From Marsupella aquatica (taxonomy: Eukaryota > Plantae > Marchantiophyta): 64,000 nucleotides of DNA. Positions 1-13,144 of this stretch are shown here, piece by piece (within the stretch, counting starts at the first letter, position 1; the number at the start of each line of letters is the position of its first letter). The translations under genes were made by a program, and so were the position numbers. A model generated the notes under the pieces. It was not told the origin of the DNA. It was given only the letters and a program-made list of their open reading frames with translations, and made no database searches. Location of the stretch: positions 1,045,324 through 1,109,323 of the forward strand of contig OZ316891.1 in the NCBI GenBank assembly GCA_973895155.1, written 5' to 3'.

Positions 1-922
1 GTTTGGGTCCTTTTAGTATAAGCACTACTGTTTTCATCATGACTCTTGGGCAGGAGGGCGGAGCGCTAACTAAGGGATGTCTTCCATGTGCAGAGTCGTT
101 CAGTTTTTGGCCGTAAACTGAACCGGAGGCATTCCAACACTGACTGAGATTTGATGCCTCTACCTCCTCCTTAGGCAGGCCTGATGGCATATGAGGATTT
201 ACGTGGTGGATAACCAAGGGCAAGGGCAGGAAGTTTTCCAGCCCAAACCTTAAAAATTGAATAAAACAAGATAAAGTTCACAGGTTAGTAGCAAAGTTCA
301 CACTTAACAAAATGGCAAATGACAATTTCTGTGGAAAATCAAAGTCCCCCTTTTCTTGTCAATTGAGGAGTGCTAAGCACCTTTAATATAATAAAAGGCT
401 CTGGACATGCAAGATGGCCCTACTGGATGGATTATCCCTAGAGAGCTACCTATTGCCATGTTGGCAGGAGAGCAGTTCACAACAACTGCTGTGAATCTTG
501 AATTACGCCAGCCATAGAATTGAATAAGTATAGTTGTCTATTCAGGGCTTAATTGTAAATCAGAGGGAGCATCGACTAGTACACAACCTCAATGCGCATA
601 AGTTCAGCGGCAATGCAAATGTAAGCAGTTCACGACTTTGACTACCTTAGGAAGAAAGTAGTCAAGACGTCATCAATGGTGATCCTGAGTAATGGCATGA
701 CGATGTTTTAATTAACTTTCAGGTTCAAGGTTGTCAAGTTACCAAGGAAACCGGTTCGGTAATGTAATTCAAACAATTTCACTACAAATAGTTTACATGT
801 CACATTCAATTAAAAGAGTAAGTGTTTGGTCATTTGCGGTGAAATTTGTTTAAGTTCTCAACTGTTTTAGTTTCCTCACCCTTGCTTCACTAATTTTTAG
901 CCATGAAACTTTGTATGTTGGA

Positions 923-1212
923 CTCGGGGGTCTTACTACATGGAGGCTTCCCCATCACCTGCGACATTTGTAGGCCTCGGACCCCCTAAAATGTAAGAAA
1001 AAACACATTATTTTTCCACCCCTATAAAGTTAAAATATTCCAAAATTTTGGTTACAAGGACCCTAATGATCTTATAAGTCTCAAAATTGGATTTAAAATT
1101 ATACCCTATTGTTTTTCTTAGAAAATTTTTAAGTCTTCCATTGAAACCAATAAAATGATCATATTCTTAGTCGCACGTGATGTTCCATTTTTGTGGAAGT
1201 GAAACACCCGAG
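923..1212. mobile_element. MITE (~290 bp), family A copy 1, imperfect 15-bp TIRs and 8-bp TSD
   Basis: Starts CTCGGGGGTCTTACT and ends AGTGAAACACCCGAG; flanked on both sides by ATGTTGGA (915-922, 1213-1220); closely similar copy at 8784-9080. Confidence 0.9.
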
Positions 1213-2394
1213 ATGTTGGACCTTCCTCTTCATGGATAAATCTCTCAAGTGGGGTTTCTTTTGATCTATTGATACATTATTTTTATTACAATAGGGAATA
1301 TATTTTGTCGACACTTTATTATCCTCACCTCTATTCTTGTTCAAAGAATGGGTAGTCAGGCTAGTCCTACTTATCATAAGATTAGTTCCTATGGAGACAA
1401 GTTTGTGTAAGCGCAAAGGTTTATTGGGGACATCAAATATATTTTTACTTTTTTTGAGAGGCAAGAGGCTTAAACCTGAGTTGAGCTTGATATATTAGGA
1501 ACTTAAAACATTTTTTGAAACATTTTTTGAAAATTGGAAGAGTCCCACAGAATTCAGGTTATTGTCCTATCTTGAAGATAGCTTAGACAAAGGTTGAGCC
1601 AGAAAAAGGGTGAACAGAGAATAACTCAGGAGTTGGAATCAATGGAATAGCAGGTGGAATAGTGCTCCTCCTAGTTAGCTAAAGCCCATATTTTCATCAG
1701 CCTTAAAGGAATTTTGGGCACAAAAACCGTAGTCTGCACTACTTTATTACCGTAATGCTTGGGTAGACTCCACCATATATTCAATGCAACTATTCATCTT
1801 TTCATCAATTCTCAATTGTGATGCAAATGCTGAACTAAAATCCCACATGGATTGGGGAGTTGTCCACAAAGACCCGGTGGACAAACAAAGCTTGCATGGA
1901 CTAGACCAAAACACTTGAATTTGCTCATGCATTGTTCAATATTGCTCTGTCTAAAATGTGACCTATAAATGGTCGGATGACCCAAGATTACAGGTTTCAG
2001 AGTTGAAATAATCTCCCGATCAACCAATCCTGACAGCAGGTCACAGACTTTGTCCGGCTCCCTTTCTGGTACTTTTGGCTAGAGTGACAGGGTGCGTTGG
2101 GAAGCTTGTTGTCATGTCTAAAAGGTGAGCGCAATCTTGCCTTGCTGGCTTTCTACCATTTATTGCTAATGTGCAATGTGGGCTGATTTGTCCACCATAG
2201 CTAATCATTTGTGTGGTATTATCTCTTATGAAGGAGCATCACCTCAACCTCTCTCTGGTACAGAAAAAACAGTTTTCAAAGAAAGAAACTCCCAAACACA
2301 TACTTGCTCCAGACAAGGTTGGACTTTTGAGTACCCTTTCTTTACTTCAGTTACGTGAGGCAATGTCTAGTGCTTTTGCTTTGAAAACTGTTAT

Positions 2395-2758
2395 TATTGG
2401 GATATGATCTAGACCGAACGAGACAACGTCAACGCATGTGAACAACATCCATAGACTCCGACAATGAAAGTACGTGGTTCACCCCGTCTGGGATACGTCC
2501 ACGGCCGTGAGAGAAATCCAGTAATACACACCTATTACATCCGCCATAGCCAACGTGCTAGAGCTCCTTCTCTCACTCCCTCACTCTGTCTTCTAAAGAG
2601 TGAACCTTCAAATGTGAGCACAAGTTTGTGTTACCCTTGGGTATACCCCCTCCCATGGTCTATGGGAACCTGGAACTCAAACTAGTACTATCCTAGTATA
2701 GTGAAGTCTAGCTAGTACTATGGAAGTATATAGGTTATACTAGAGGCATAACCTAACA
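2395..2758 (-). repeat. 3' LTR of copia element
   Basis: Direct repeat of 8059-8421; on the + strand reads TA..CA (terminal TG mutated); adjacent to the PPT. Confidence 0.95.
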
Positions 2759-2771
2759 AACTCCCCCTTGA
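2759..2771 (-). promoter_or_regulatory. Polypurine tract of copia element
   Basis: Minus strand TCAAGGGGGAGTT directly before the 3' LTR. Confidence 0.85.
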
Positions 2772-3099
2772 CTCTAGTCCTCAGCTAACTACCTGGTAGT
2801 GTTACTTCTAACTATCCGTATGAATCTCCTCGGGAAGTTCTAGAAGGTAAAACCAATGAGTTTTCCCTCTATACTTGAGAGCTAACTAGAACTAAACCGT
2901 AGCTGACAAAGTGTCAGATAGAGCAGACATACTTATAAATAAACTACCAACCTAATACTAGCTCTTGTTACCCATATGTATCTCCTCGGGAAATTCTAGA
3001 CAGAAAACCTATGTTCCCCTCTTCTCCATGAGGGTTAACTAGAATTAGACCGTAGCCGGTACATACCGGATAGAGAATACGTATACAAGAAAACTAACA

Positions 3100-6000
3100 C
3101 TAAGCATCCTTGTGCAAAATTTGAAGCCTTGCACAATGCTCCGTGAAGTTAGCCAAAGGAATGACTTTGGTTAACATATCAGCAGGATTGAGTTTCCCAT
3201 CAATCTTGATTAACTCAATCTCTTTCTCAGCAACAGCTTGCCTGAGAAAATGATACCTGATATCAATGTGCTTTACCTTGCCATGCGTCACTTGGTTTGC
3301 CGCAATATGTATAGCACTGTTGCTATCACAATGAAGATCCACTTCTTTTTGTGGAGTCCCCAAATCATGAGCCAACTTCCCCAACCAAATAGCCTCCTTT
3401 GCTGCCTCTGCTGCTGCTACATACTCAGCTTTAGTAGATGACTGAGATATGCACTTCTGCTTCATGGATCTCCAACTTACACATCCTCCTATCAACGTGA
3501 AAGAATACCCTGTAGTAGACTTTCGTTGATCCAAATCACCACCGTAGTCTGAATCCACATATCCAACAAGAGACATCGCATTGTTTGAATGTGCATCAAA
3601 CAACAAACCAACCTCAGATGTGCCGTGTAAGTACCTTAGAATCCATTTGACTGCTTTCCAATGTACCTTCCCTGGGTTAACCATGTACCTACTCACCACA
3701 CCCAGAGCATGTGCTATGTCTGGTCGAGTACTAACCATAAGGTACATCAAACTGCCCACTGCATTGTCGTAAGGAACCTTAGACATCAACCCCTTTTCAA
3801 TTGCATCTGTGGGACAAGATGCGGCTGAAAGTTTGAAATGTGCTGCCAGAGGAGTAGTTATATCCTTAGCACTTGCGATGTTGAACTTAGCAAGTACCTT
3901 CTTCGTATACTTACTCTGCGTCAGCCACAATTTCCCTTCTTCCTGTCTCTATGAATCTCCATCCCAAGTATGCATCTGGCTGATCCTAAATCCTTCATAC
4001 TAAACTTTGAGCTCAATTGAGTTTTGAGTTTAATAATCTCTGCCATATCCTTGGCAACAATGAGCATATCATCCACATAAAGGACCAGAACAATGAAACC
4101 AAACACTGCATTGCTTATCTTCTTCATGTAGACACAACAATCATATTCACTCTGAACAAAGCCCAGTGACAACATAAAGGTATAAAACCTTTTGTTCCAC
4201 TGCCTTGAACTTTGTTTCAGACCGTAAAGTGACTTCAACAGCTTACACCCCAAGTGCTCCCTACCCTTCGCCACAAATCCTTGTGGCTGCCTCATGAATA
4301 TCAATTCATCTAGTAGTCCATACACAAAAGCTGTGACTACATCCATCTGCTCCATGCACAGATCAAACAGAACAACCAATGCCATAATCAAGCGCAAAGT
4401 AGCCATCGCTACTACTGGTGAGAAGACCTCATTATAGTCCACACCCTTCCTTTGGGTGAATCCCTTGGCCACAAGCCTGGCCTTGTAGATCTTCTCTGCA
4501 TGTTCAAAAGTGTCATCCTTCTTCTTGAACACCCACTTGCTGTCAATGACCTGTTTACCTTCAGGAAGCTCAACCAACTCCCAAGTCTTATTCTTATGTA
4601 GTGACTGCATCTCTGTTTGCATGGCAGCACTCCATTGTGCTTTATCCATAGAAGACATGGCTTCACCATATGTAGATGGATCACCATCTTCTGTAAACAT
4701 AACGGCTCCAGAATCATCAATATCATCATCACTCTCCAACTGGTCTAAGGGGAACCATGTACCATACCTTTTTGGAGCTTGAACTGGCCGTGAAGATGAC
4801 CGCCTAGATGACTCACCCACATCAGGAGCAACTGATTCTCCACTAACTATAGCTGCTGGTACTGGTGCCAATGGTACCGTCGGTGCTGGTGTTGGTCCAT
4901 GAGCATACTCATGCTCAATCTCTCCCTCAATCGTGTCAACATCAGGACTATGTGGCATTTCTTCCCCCTCCTTCAATGATGGACCTTCATTGAAGGTAAC
5001 ATCCCTGCTGACTACCAACTTCTGCGCCTCTGGGTCCCAAAGACGATACCCTTTTACTCCCTTCTGGTAGCCAAGAAACACTCATTTCACAGACTTTGGG
5101 TCAAGCTTATTCCATGAAACTGGAGGCAACAACGCATATGCCTCACATCCAAACCCACGCAACCTCGTGTAATCTGTAGGTCTCTTGTGCCACATCTCAA
5201 ACGGAGTCTTAAGACCAATACTGCTAACTGGAGACAATGTTAGCAGGTAAGCTGCTGTGTTGACAGCTTCAGCCCAAAAGATCTTTGATAGACCTGCTTG
5301 GCTTAACATACTTCTGTACCTCTCCAATAGTGTCCTGTTCAGCCTCTCAGAAACACCATTTTGCTTAGGAGTATATGCATTGGTCAAATGTCGAGTAATG
5401 CCTTCACGCTCTAAATAGAGATGAAACTCATTAGAGATATACTCACCTCCATTGTCTGAACGAAAAAATTTCACCTTCTTCCCTGTTTGTATCTCAACCT
5501 GCATCTTCCACTTCTTGAAGATTGAGAACACCTCAGACTTCTCACGCATAAAGTATACCCAGATTATCCTTGAATAATCATCAATAAAAGATACGTAATA
5601 CTTCATTCTTGACATTGAGAGCTCAGGTGATTCCCACACATCAGAATGAATGTAATCCAAAATATCTTTAGAGGTATGACTGGCTACTGAGAAACTTACA
5701 CGATGTTGTTTACCAAGGACACAGTGCTGATAAAATCCTAACTTGCACGATTTTGCACTTGGCAAGAGATTATGTTTGCACAACACATTCAGCCTTTTCT
5801 CACTCATGTGACCTAATCGTGCATGCCACAATCGTGTCTGATGCACCTCTAATGAAACTACATTGGCACTACCAAGAATTGTGGTGCCTACCAGGATATA
5901 TAGATTACACTGCTTCCTACCTTCCATCACCGCTAGAGGACCATGTGTGACCCTCAAAAATCCATTGGTTGTACTCCATTGACAACCAGATGTGTCCAAT

Positions 6001-7061
6001 GCTCCCAAAGAGATCAAATTCCACTTCAAATCTGGAATGTGACGAATGTTTGTCAACGTATGCACAATTCCATCAAACATTTGAATGCGCACTGTACCTA
6101 TGCCAATGACTTGACAGGGTTGATCATTCCCCATCAAGACGTTCCCTGATTTTGGCTCATAGGTGCAAAAGACCTCCTTGTCATGGCACATATGAAAGGA
6201 ACATGCAGAATCTAAAATCCACTCCGGTCCCCCACCCTGGGAATCGGTACATAAGGCAAAACCAACATCATCATCAGTAGTAACAAAACTCGCCTGACTT
6301 TGAATGCTACCACCACTCCTGCAATTCCTTTTAATGTGGCCCTTCTGACCACATTTCCAGTACTCAACACCCTTTGAGTCACGTGACTTCGATCTAGCCT
6401 TGGTTTTACTAGAGGAGCCTGTAAAACGCTCTCGTGACCTGCCCCTAGTAACTGCTAGTGCTGATCCAGATGAAGAAGAAGAACTGTTGTGTATCTTCTT
6501 TCGCATTTTGTCTGACAGTAGAGTATTCACTGTCTCATCATAGGTCAACGTTGTCTTGCCATACAAGATTGTCTGGACCAGGTTCTCATATGACCGTGGC
6601 AAGGAAGTAAGCAAATGAAGGGCCTTTTTCTCATCCTCCACCTTCTCATTGAGACTCGCCAACTCTGCAATGATTAAATTAAAACCATCAATATGTTCGT
6701 GCATAGTTTTACCTTCAGCCATCTTGAAGTTCATCAACTTCAAGCTCGTGTATAGTCGATTTGTCAACGACTTCTTCTCATACATTAGCTTCAGTCGATC
6801 CCACAGCTTTGTAACTGTGTCCTCCATCATAACCTGAAGTAAAACTTTAGGTGCCAAGTGGAGCCTAATCAAACTGAGAGCACAATTGCCAATGTCTTCC
6901 CACTCCTCATTGGTCATGGAGGATGGCTTGGTGCTGAATGCTGAACCCAAGCCCTGGGAAACAAGAACGTCCTTCATTTGTACTTTCCATAACGTGAAGT
7001 TATTGCGCCCGGTGAATTTCTCCACTTCATACTTTGCACTGGTCACCTTTCGAGATGCCAT
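3100..7061 (-). pseudogene. Copia gag-pol polyprotein with an in-frame stop (~5082) and a frameshift (~3921-3930)
   Basis: Gag with degenerate zinc knuckle (YWKCGQKGHIKRNC); protease WILDSACSFHM; integrase (HARLGH, HSDVW, RSDNGGEY, NGVSERLNRTL); RT (YKARLVAKGF, LYVDDMLI); RNase H (YVDSDYGG, KHIDIRYHF). TGA stands where Cys is expected in 'K*VFLGY'. Confidence 0.95.
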
Positions 7062-8044
7062 GACAATGTCCCCTACTCTTACTCGAGTGTCCTTTTGATC
7101 GCAAGGGGGTCAAAATGTCATTTCGGACCCCCTCAAGGAATCTTTTTAATAAAAAATTCCATGCACCTCAGTTTCCTAAACCTATTTTCAGGCCCCTCCC
7201 TAACTCTCCTGGGAACACATCTGCAAAAAATCTCAGAAAACGGAACCGTTTGCCTTGCCAAATCGCTTATTTACCGCTGAATTTTAACGTTCTGGAAATT
7301 GAGAATATAGGGAATAAAAGTACAAGGGGCGTTTGGCCCTGCGCAAGGGGCGAAATGCCCTGTGGCACCACAAACAGGACAGCGCCTGTTTGCATCGCGC
7401 CTCACCACCCCAAGCGCCCTGCCGCTCCCCCTTCTGCCCTATCACCCTTCCTGTACCCGGCCGAACGCCCTTCCCGCGCCCTGCCAAATGGCCAAAGTTA
7501 AACCCGCTTTGACTGCCCGTATCTCGGCCGTCTGATGTCCGATCTATCTATAATTTATATGGTTGGAACGAGCGCGACGAGATCTTTCCAACAAGCCTAT
7601 GGGCGACCCAAGATCATGACTTTCGAAAATTGACCTAAATTCGTACCATCATACGACCGTCACTTTGAGTTCATGGCTATGGCTGCCTGAGCTTAATAGC
7701 CAACTTCAAAATCAAGTTAGTGGCCGCACACACCACCAAAATGTTTCCCGTTCGTTGTAAACTGATCCTCTTCCCGTTTGTAACTCCCCGGATCAAATCA
7801 ACAACAAAAATGAACAAGCAAAACCCGGATTGCGCTCACATTCAAGAAAACCGTCAAAAACCCGTCGAACACGAAGGAAATTCTTCCCACCTTCAAATTG
7901 GGCGCAATCTTCCGCCTAAACAACACAGGGACAGACCAAAGTCTGTGTTACTCCGCCTAGAAGATGATTCACACTCATATCCCGCACCGAATGCCACAAA
8001 TCGGTCACGATGAGCCCCAAGCGCTTCTCAATCTCGGTTCCCAA

Positions 8045-8056
8045 GCTCTGATACCA
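8045..8056 (-). promoter_or_regulatory. Primer binding site complementary to initiator tRNA-Met
   Basis: Minus strand TGGTATCAGAGC 2 nt inside the 5' LTR. Confidence 0.92.
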
Positions 8057-8058
8057 AT

Positions 8059-8421
8059 TGTTGGGATATGATCTAGACCGAACGAGATAGCGTCAACGCA
8101 TGTGAACAACATCCATAGACTCCAACAATGAAAGTACGTGGTTCACCCGTCTGGGCTATGTCCACGGCCGTGAGAGAAATCCAGTAATACACACCTATTA
8201 CATCCGCCATAGCCAACGTGCTAGAGCTCCTCCTCTCACTCCCTCACTCTGTTTTCTAAAGAGTGAACCTTCAAATGTGAGCACAAGTTTGTGTTACCCT
8301 TGGGTATACCCCCTCCCATGGTCTATGGGAACCTGGAACTCAAACTAGTGCTATCCTAGTATAGTGAAGTCTAGCTAGTACTATGGAAGTATATAAGTTA
8401 TACTAGAGGCATAATCTAACA
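8059..8421 (-). repeat. 5' LTR of copia element
   Basis: TG...CA; about 11 substitutions and 1 indel versus the other LTR by manual count. Confidence 0.95.
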
Positions 8422-8783
8422 GTTATAGTGTTTTTGTTGCAGCCAGTCCATGGCCTTTCTTAGCGGCCATTGTCTTCTTAGCTTTTGTTGCATTTCTCTG
8501 TATTGCACCTGCACACCCATATAATGGCACATCTTACTACAATACTCTGTTCCCATCTGACTCACAGTCCTGCTTATAGTATATGCTCTCGAGCTGTCTT
8601 TGAGCAACTACTAGAAATTTAGCTGGGAAGATCAGCAAGCAACAACAAAATAGTGTATTAGCATTTGTAATGTCTCATCCCTATCAGACCAGTTGAAATG
8701 TTTATGAACCAATGCCCAAGCAACACCATTGATCGATGGTCAAGATAAGATATTGAACAAACATTTTATTTGTGCTCCACACT

Positions 8784-9080
8784 CTCGGGGGTCTCACTAT
8801 ATGGGGACCTCCCCATCACCTGCGACGTTTTTAGGCCTCGGACCCCCTAAAATGTAAGATTTTTTTTTAATTTTTCAACCCCTGTAAAGTTGGAATATTC
8901 TTGGAATATTCCAAAATTTGGATTTAAAAGACCCTAATGTTCTTATAAGTCTCCAAATTGAATTTAAAAGACCCTATTGTTCTTCTGCAAAAATTCTTAA
9001 GTCTTCCCTTAGAACCAATAAAATGACCCTATCCTTCGTCGCACATGATATGCCATTTTTGTGGAAGTGAAACCCCCGAG
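8784..9080. mobile_element. MITE (~297 bp), family A copy 2
   Basis: TIRs CTCGGGGGTCTCACT / AGTGAAACCCCCGAG; TSD TCCACACT (8776-8783, 9081-9088); absent from the paralogous GRDP copy 2 site (~33270). Confidence 0.92.
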
Positions 9081-12000
9081 TCCACACTTGAAGGACAAGT
9101 GTGCTAGATCAACTTATAACTAGCTTAAACTCACCCAGATGACCGTCAGCGGAAGCGTCTTTTAGGTGAAGCTTTAGGTTGAAAATTCATATCCCGCAAG
9201 GATGCACTGATTGCACTAGCAATTAGCAAAACCAATATCACATTTTCATCTGGTCTCACCTGCAACCCACAATCAATCCATACCCACTTATATCATGAAT
9301 GGATGAATGTGACATCCAATCTTACTATAAAAGCACATTCAAACTAAAGTCTAGTTCTAGAGTAAAACCTCTAGACCCTAATTCCCAATACAGACAGAAC
9401 TGATAATGAGGACAATTAAAACTTAAAATGATGATGCTGGACAAATGTGATATTCATTTGACTCTAAGTAAAGACCAAAAAATGAAATGAAGGTGGACAA
9501 AAAATAAGGATGGGACAGAGATCATCAAAAATAGCGCACACATTTTATTGTGCAAGATTTTCTTCTTCATATCTAATACATTCAAGAAAGGGTAAGTAAC
9601 CGGCTAGCATTGTTATATTATCAAACTGTGCAACTCTCTTACCACGTAGTTTTCTATCTTTATCTGGTGTCTATATTGGCTAAATCAAGGGAAAATGAAT
9701 CTTGACAAATGCCGTGTGAATCAAAGCATTGAAAAACTTCATGGACACTACTGATTGAAGCCTTGGAGAGAAATTGTCAATGAAAGAGTTGATGGTACCT
9801 CAGTAGAAGCTGCCTGCCAATTGACAACTGCTGTAGCTTTCCCCATTGGAGCATCTGGTGTGTAGCGGATCAGTGTTAGATACTCAATCTCATGCCGGGT
9901 CTCTTGCACATTGTTTGGCCCTTCTGCTGCCTTGCACTCCAACAATCTCCCACTCAGTAATTGCATCTGCAACTTAACTTACGCTACATTAGCCATAGGG
10001 CCACCTGAAACAATTAAGGTTAAATTTCAAGATGTTCCAAATTAAAAAGCTGAACAAAAAACAAATCTATGATAGCTCTCAGTAGAGATCCGTTCAATAT
10101 TTCAAGTACTCACAAACAAGGCTGTTCTTTGCTAGTGCATTGCAATTGTAGTACATACATATCTGAAATTCTTGGAAGGTCTGACGCTATAAACAATATA
10201 AGTGAAGATAAACATATCTTTTCATTGAAGAGATGGATTATAACCGCAAGAGCCACAAAGAGAACAATGCATCTGTGAGGGCATTCCTAGAAAAGATCTA
10301 TTTACCGGGTAGCCAATCACACCGGGTACTGCTCGGAGCTCACAATTTAGACGTCCATCGGACACAGGTTTATGCACAGTAAGCATAGCAACCCCGTCAA
10401 GCAATGACCAGTGTCTTTTAACCATAGTGTGTCCCTGTTCCACACCCAACTGATTTGTTTGGCCCATCCCTGCAAGAACATTGAATTGAAAATGATAAGT
10501 CCATTCAGATGAACCTCTTTGCATGCATGGTAGCTAGCACCGTTAACTCTGTGATGGTCGTTGCAATCTGCACAATTGGCTTAGACTTTCTCAGGCTGGT
10601 TGAAGCACTGATCGACCCAATACAGAGTTCCCAGTGAGGACGGGACGAAACATTTGGCTTCATGAAAATTACTATTATCTACACTCTCCCAACTGCCCCA
10701 CCTTTACTTATAAAAGTCGTGATAACCAATCTTCTTCCTTCTGTCTGTTGCTCTTACCATAATCCCTTGCAATGCATTCTTGAGTTCTAGCAAGAAGACT
10801 TTGATGCCTGACCACGTACTCTGTTGTGATTAAAACTTTATGACCAATGCAACACCTTCTTAATGAGTTAAATTAATTTTGTTAGATGATTAAATTCCCG
10901 GATGAAATTATGCCATTTGGTAAGAACTAAGAGACCCGGAATGACTACCCCTTGGGAAAAAGCGAGTGAGAAAACAACACCAAACAAGGACCTGCCAACA
11001 TCTTCAAGTAGTGGCCTGGCTACGAGTTATGCACAAACTTACAAAGGGATGGAACCTGAACGAGAGATTCGTATTGATAATTTTTTGTCTGGTGGTATGA
11101 CAATTCTCTCAATTGTCCTTCATATACTTCAATAACTATTTCACCCCCAGAAACCCTTGCTGGCTGGATGTCCTTTATCTTGGCTCCCTTTGCCCACCTG
11201 GACATCAGTTTCAATGGGGTCAAATTATGATCTCTACTTTGCAGGAGTCGATCTACTGGATTGAAGTAGACAACGTTTTTGGAACTAGAAAAGTAATGGT
11301 TTCCCAACCTAGGCCAGGTTCCTTTGCACATACTGCTCCAACCTTTGTTGTGCAGATCGTACAACCTGTTTTCAAAAGCAACTAATCCTACATGGGAAGA
11401 GCTTAACGAGAGCCAAAAATAATGTGCCTAATCCCTTCCGTAAAAGGTCTTAACATGCTCTCTTGATAAATGCTCTCACTGATAAACTAGAGCATGATAA
11501 TAATTTATTATCATGCTCTAGTTTAGCTGACAAAAAGTCTCGTTGCCCGCCTTCAACAATCTTGGTCCAAGATTTTGGGCCCTCCAAACACTTGCTATCT
11601 TCAAAATCCTGATCATTGACTACTCATTCATTTCAGTTGATGTGGAATTCAGAAAGCTCGCTCCATCCTTTGTGTACATACCTAGTCCGGACAACAAACC
11701 GTTCCTCGTGACTACTGTAGCCCATAACTCTCATTGTAATCCAGCGCCCTTCTTGCCAAATTTTATCAGCTGGCACCAACTTGGCGACTTGAATGCCCTT
11801 GTCATCAGTAACAGGCGCTGGCATCATATGGAAAAGTTGAGGTGCAGGCATTGGAGGCGTAATTGTCATGGAGAAGTGGAGTCTAGGAGAACCACCAGGG
11901 AACTGCTGAGGAGCACCATATCACCGTCAGTATCTAGAAATTACTCAAGATCCAATCGGGTTCCTCAACCCAAGTGCGCCAGGGGACTTAGTGCAACTAC

Positions 12001-13144
12001 TTCAAAATACTCATAAAAGTTCCTGTCTGGTGGAGTGTCTTGTATCAAAATTTGTAGGGTATGATTTGTGAGGTTTGATCTGCCTCTATGCACTGCGGTG
12101 GGCAGCTAAAATAATTAAGAGAATTCTCCGAATGAGAATTAAACCTGAGGTTTTTATGGACAAGACCTAAGAGATATCACCCCATCATAAATGGACAATG
12201 TAGCAATACTCGAAGCTTCTATTCTAGTTCTAGCTTGCACTCTATATCTGGTCTTTGGTGAGTACGAAGCTCAGATGGATAGAGGGGTTTGTTCTGCCCA
12301 TCCAGTGGGCAGGCCAGTGGGTAGAGTAAGTATCCAGTTTACACCTAAAAGAAAAAAATGACCAACTGTTTTTGGAAAGACTTATTTTTGAGAAGGACAC
12401 ATCAAGTGGATTTATGAGGGGCCCCAATGGACTGTATTGTTGTTGGGTTTGACTTGTGCATCTCATGTTTGGCAAACTTGTGCATTATTTGGACAACTTT
12501 TGTATCTATGTTCACTTATTTCAAATGTTACCACATGTTCTTTGATGTCCAATCTATTACCTTCCAAAATTTGAGATTTTAATGAGATCATTTATTTCAT
12601 TTCCAGTAAGCACAAAAATGATCCAATATTACAAACCAATTGCCAATGGATGTTTAAGTTTTGTGAGGAACACCCAAGCAGATTGAATATTAGGGGCAAA
12701 TTAGGGACACTTCACTTTTGAGAATGCATGAACAACAAATTGTCACTTTAATGGCCCTTTTAGGTCAATTAGGTCTAATATAAAGCATAAATAAAACAAA
12801 GAGGGAGTAAGGGAAAAGAATCTACAACAAGTTGACACGTAGTCAGAGAAGTTTTGGAACAAACCTGTTTATATCCATGTGCCACCTGTTTATATCCATG
12901 TGCCGCCTGTTTATATCCATGTTTCATCCAGCTCCAATTCGTAAGAGAAGGCCCTGAATTCAACAGGTTTCTGTGGCACTCGATCAAAACCTCTCCGATG
13001 GATTCGGCTTTCTTTTCGGACTCTGGAATCAGGAAAAACCGTAATTTACGCAGCAAGCTTCTCTGTTCGCCTTCAACACGTACCTTTTCAGTGAATCTCA
13101 TAAGCTCCATGCGCAGGCCCTGCATTCAAATTTTAAACAATTAA

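Larger units (their letters stand above)
2395..8421 (-). mobile_element. Full-length Ty1/copia LTR retrotransposon, defective
   Basis: Two ~364-bp LTRs (2395-2758, 8059-8421); 5-bp TSD GTTAT (2390-2394, 8422-8426); PBS and PPT present; domain order gag-PR-INT-RT-RH. Confidence 0.97.

Noticed and set aside
7115-8013. Plus-strand ORFs (128 aa, 97 aa) in the copia leader
   Set aside because: Antisense ORFs in a GC-rich 5' leader with no recognisable motif
10525-10570. Apparent in-frame stops in GRDP copy 1
   Set aside because: A good acceptor (CTTGCAG, minus strand, ~10470) lies downstream, so this stretch is probably intronic
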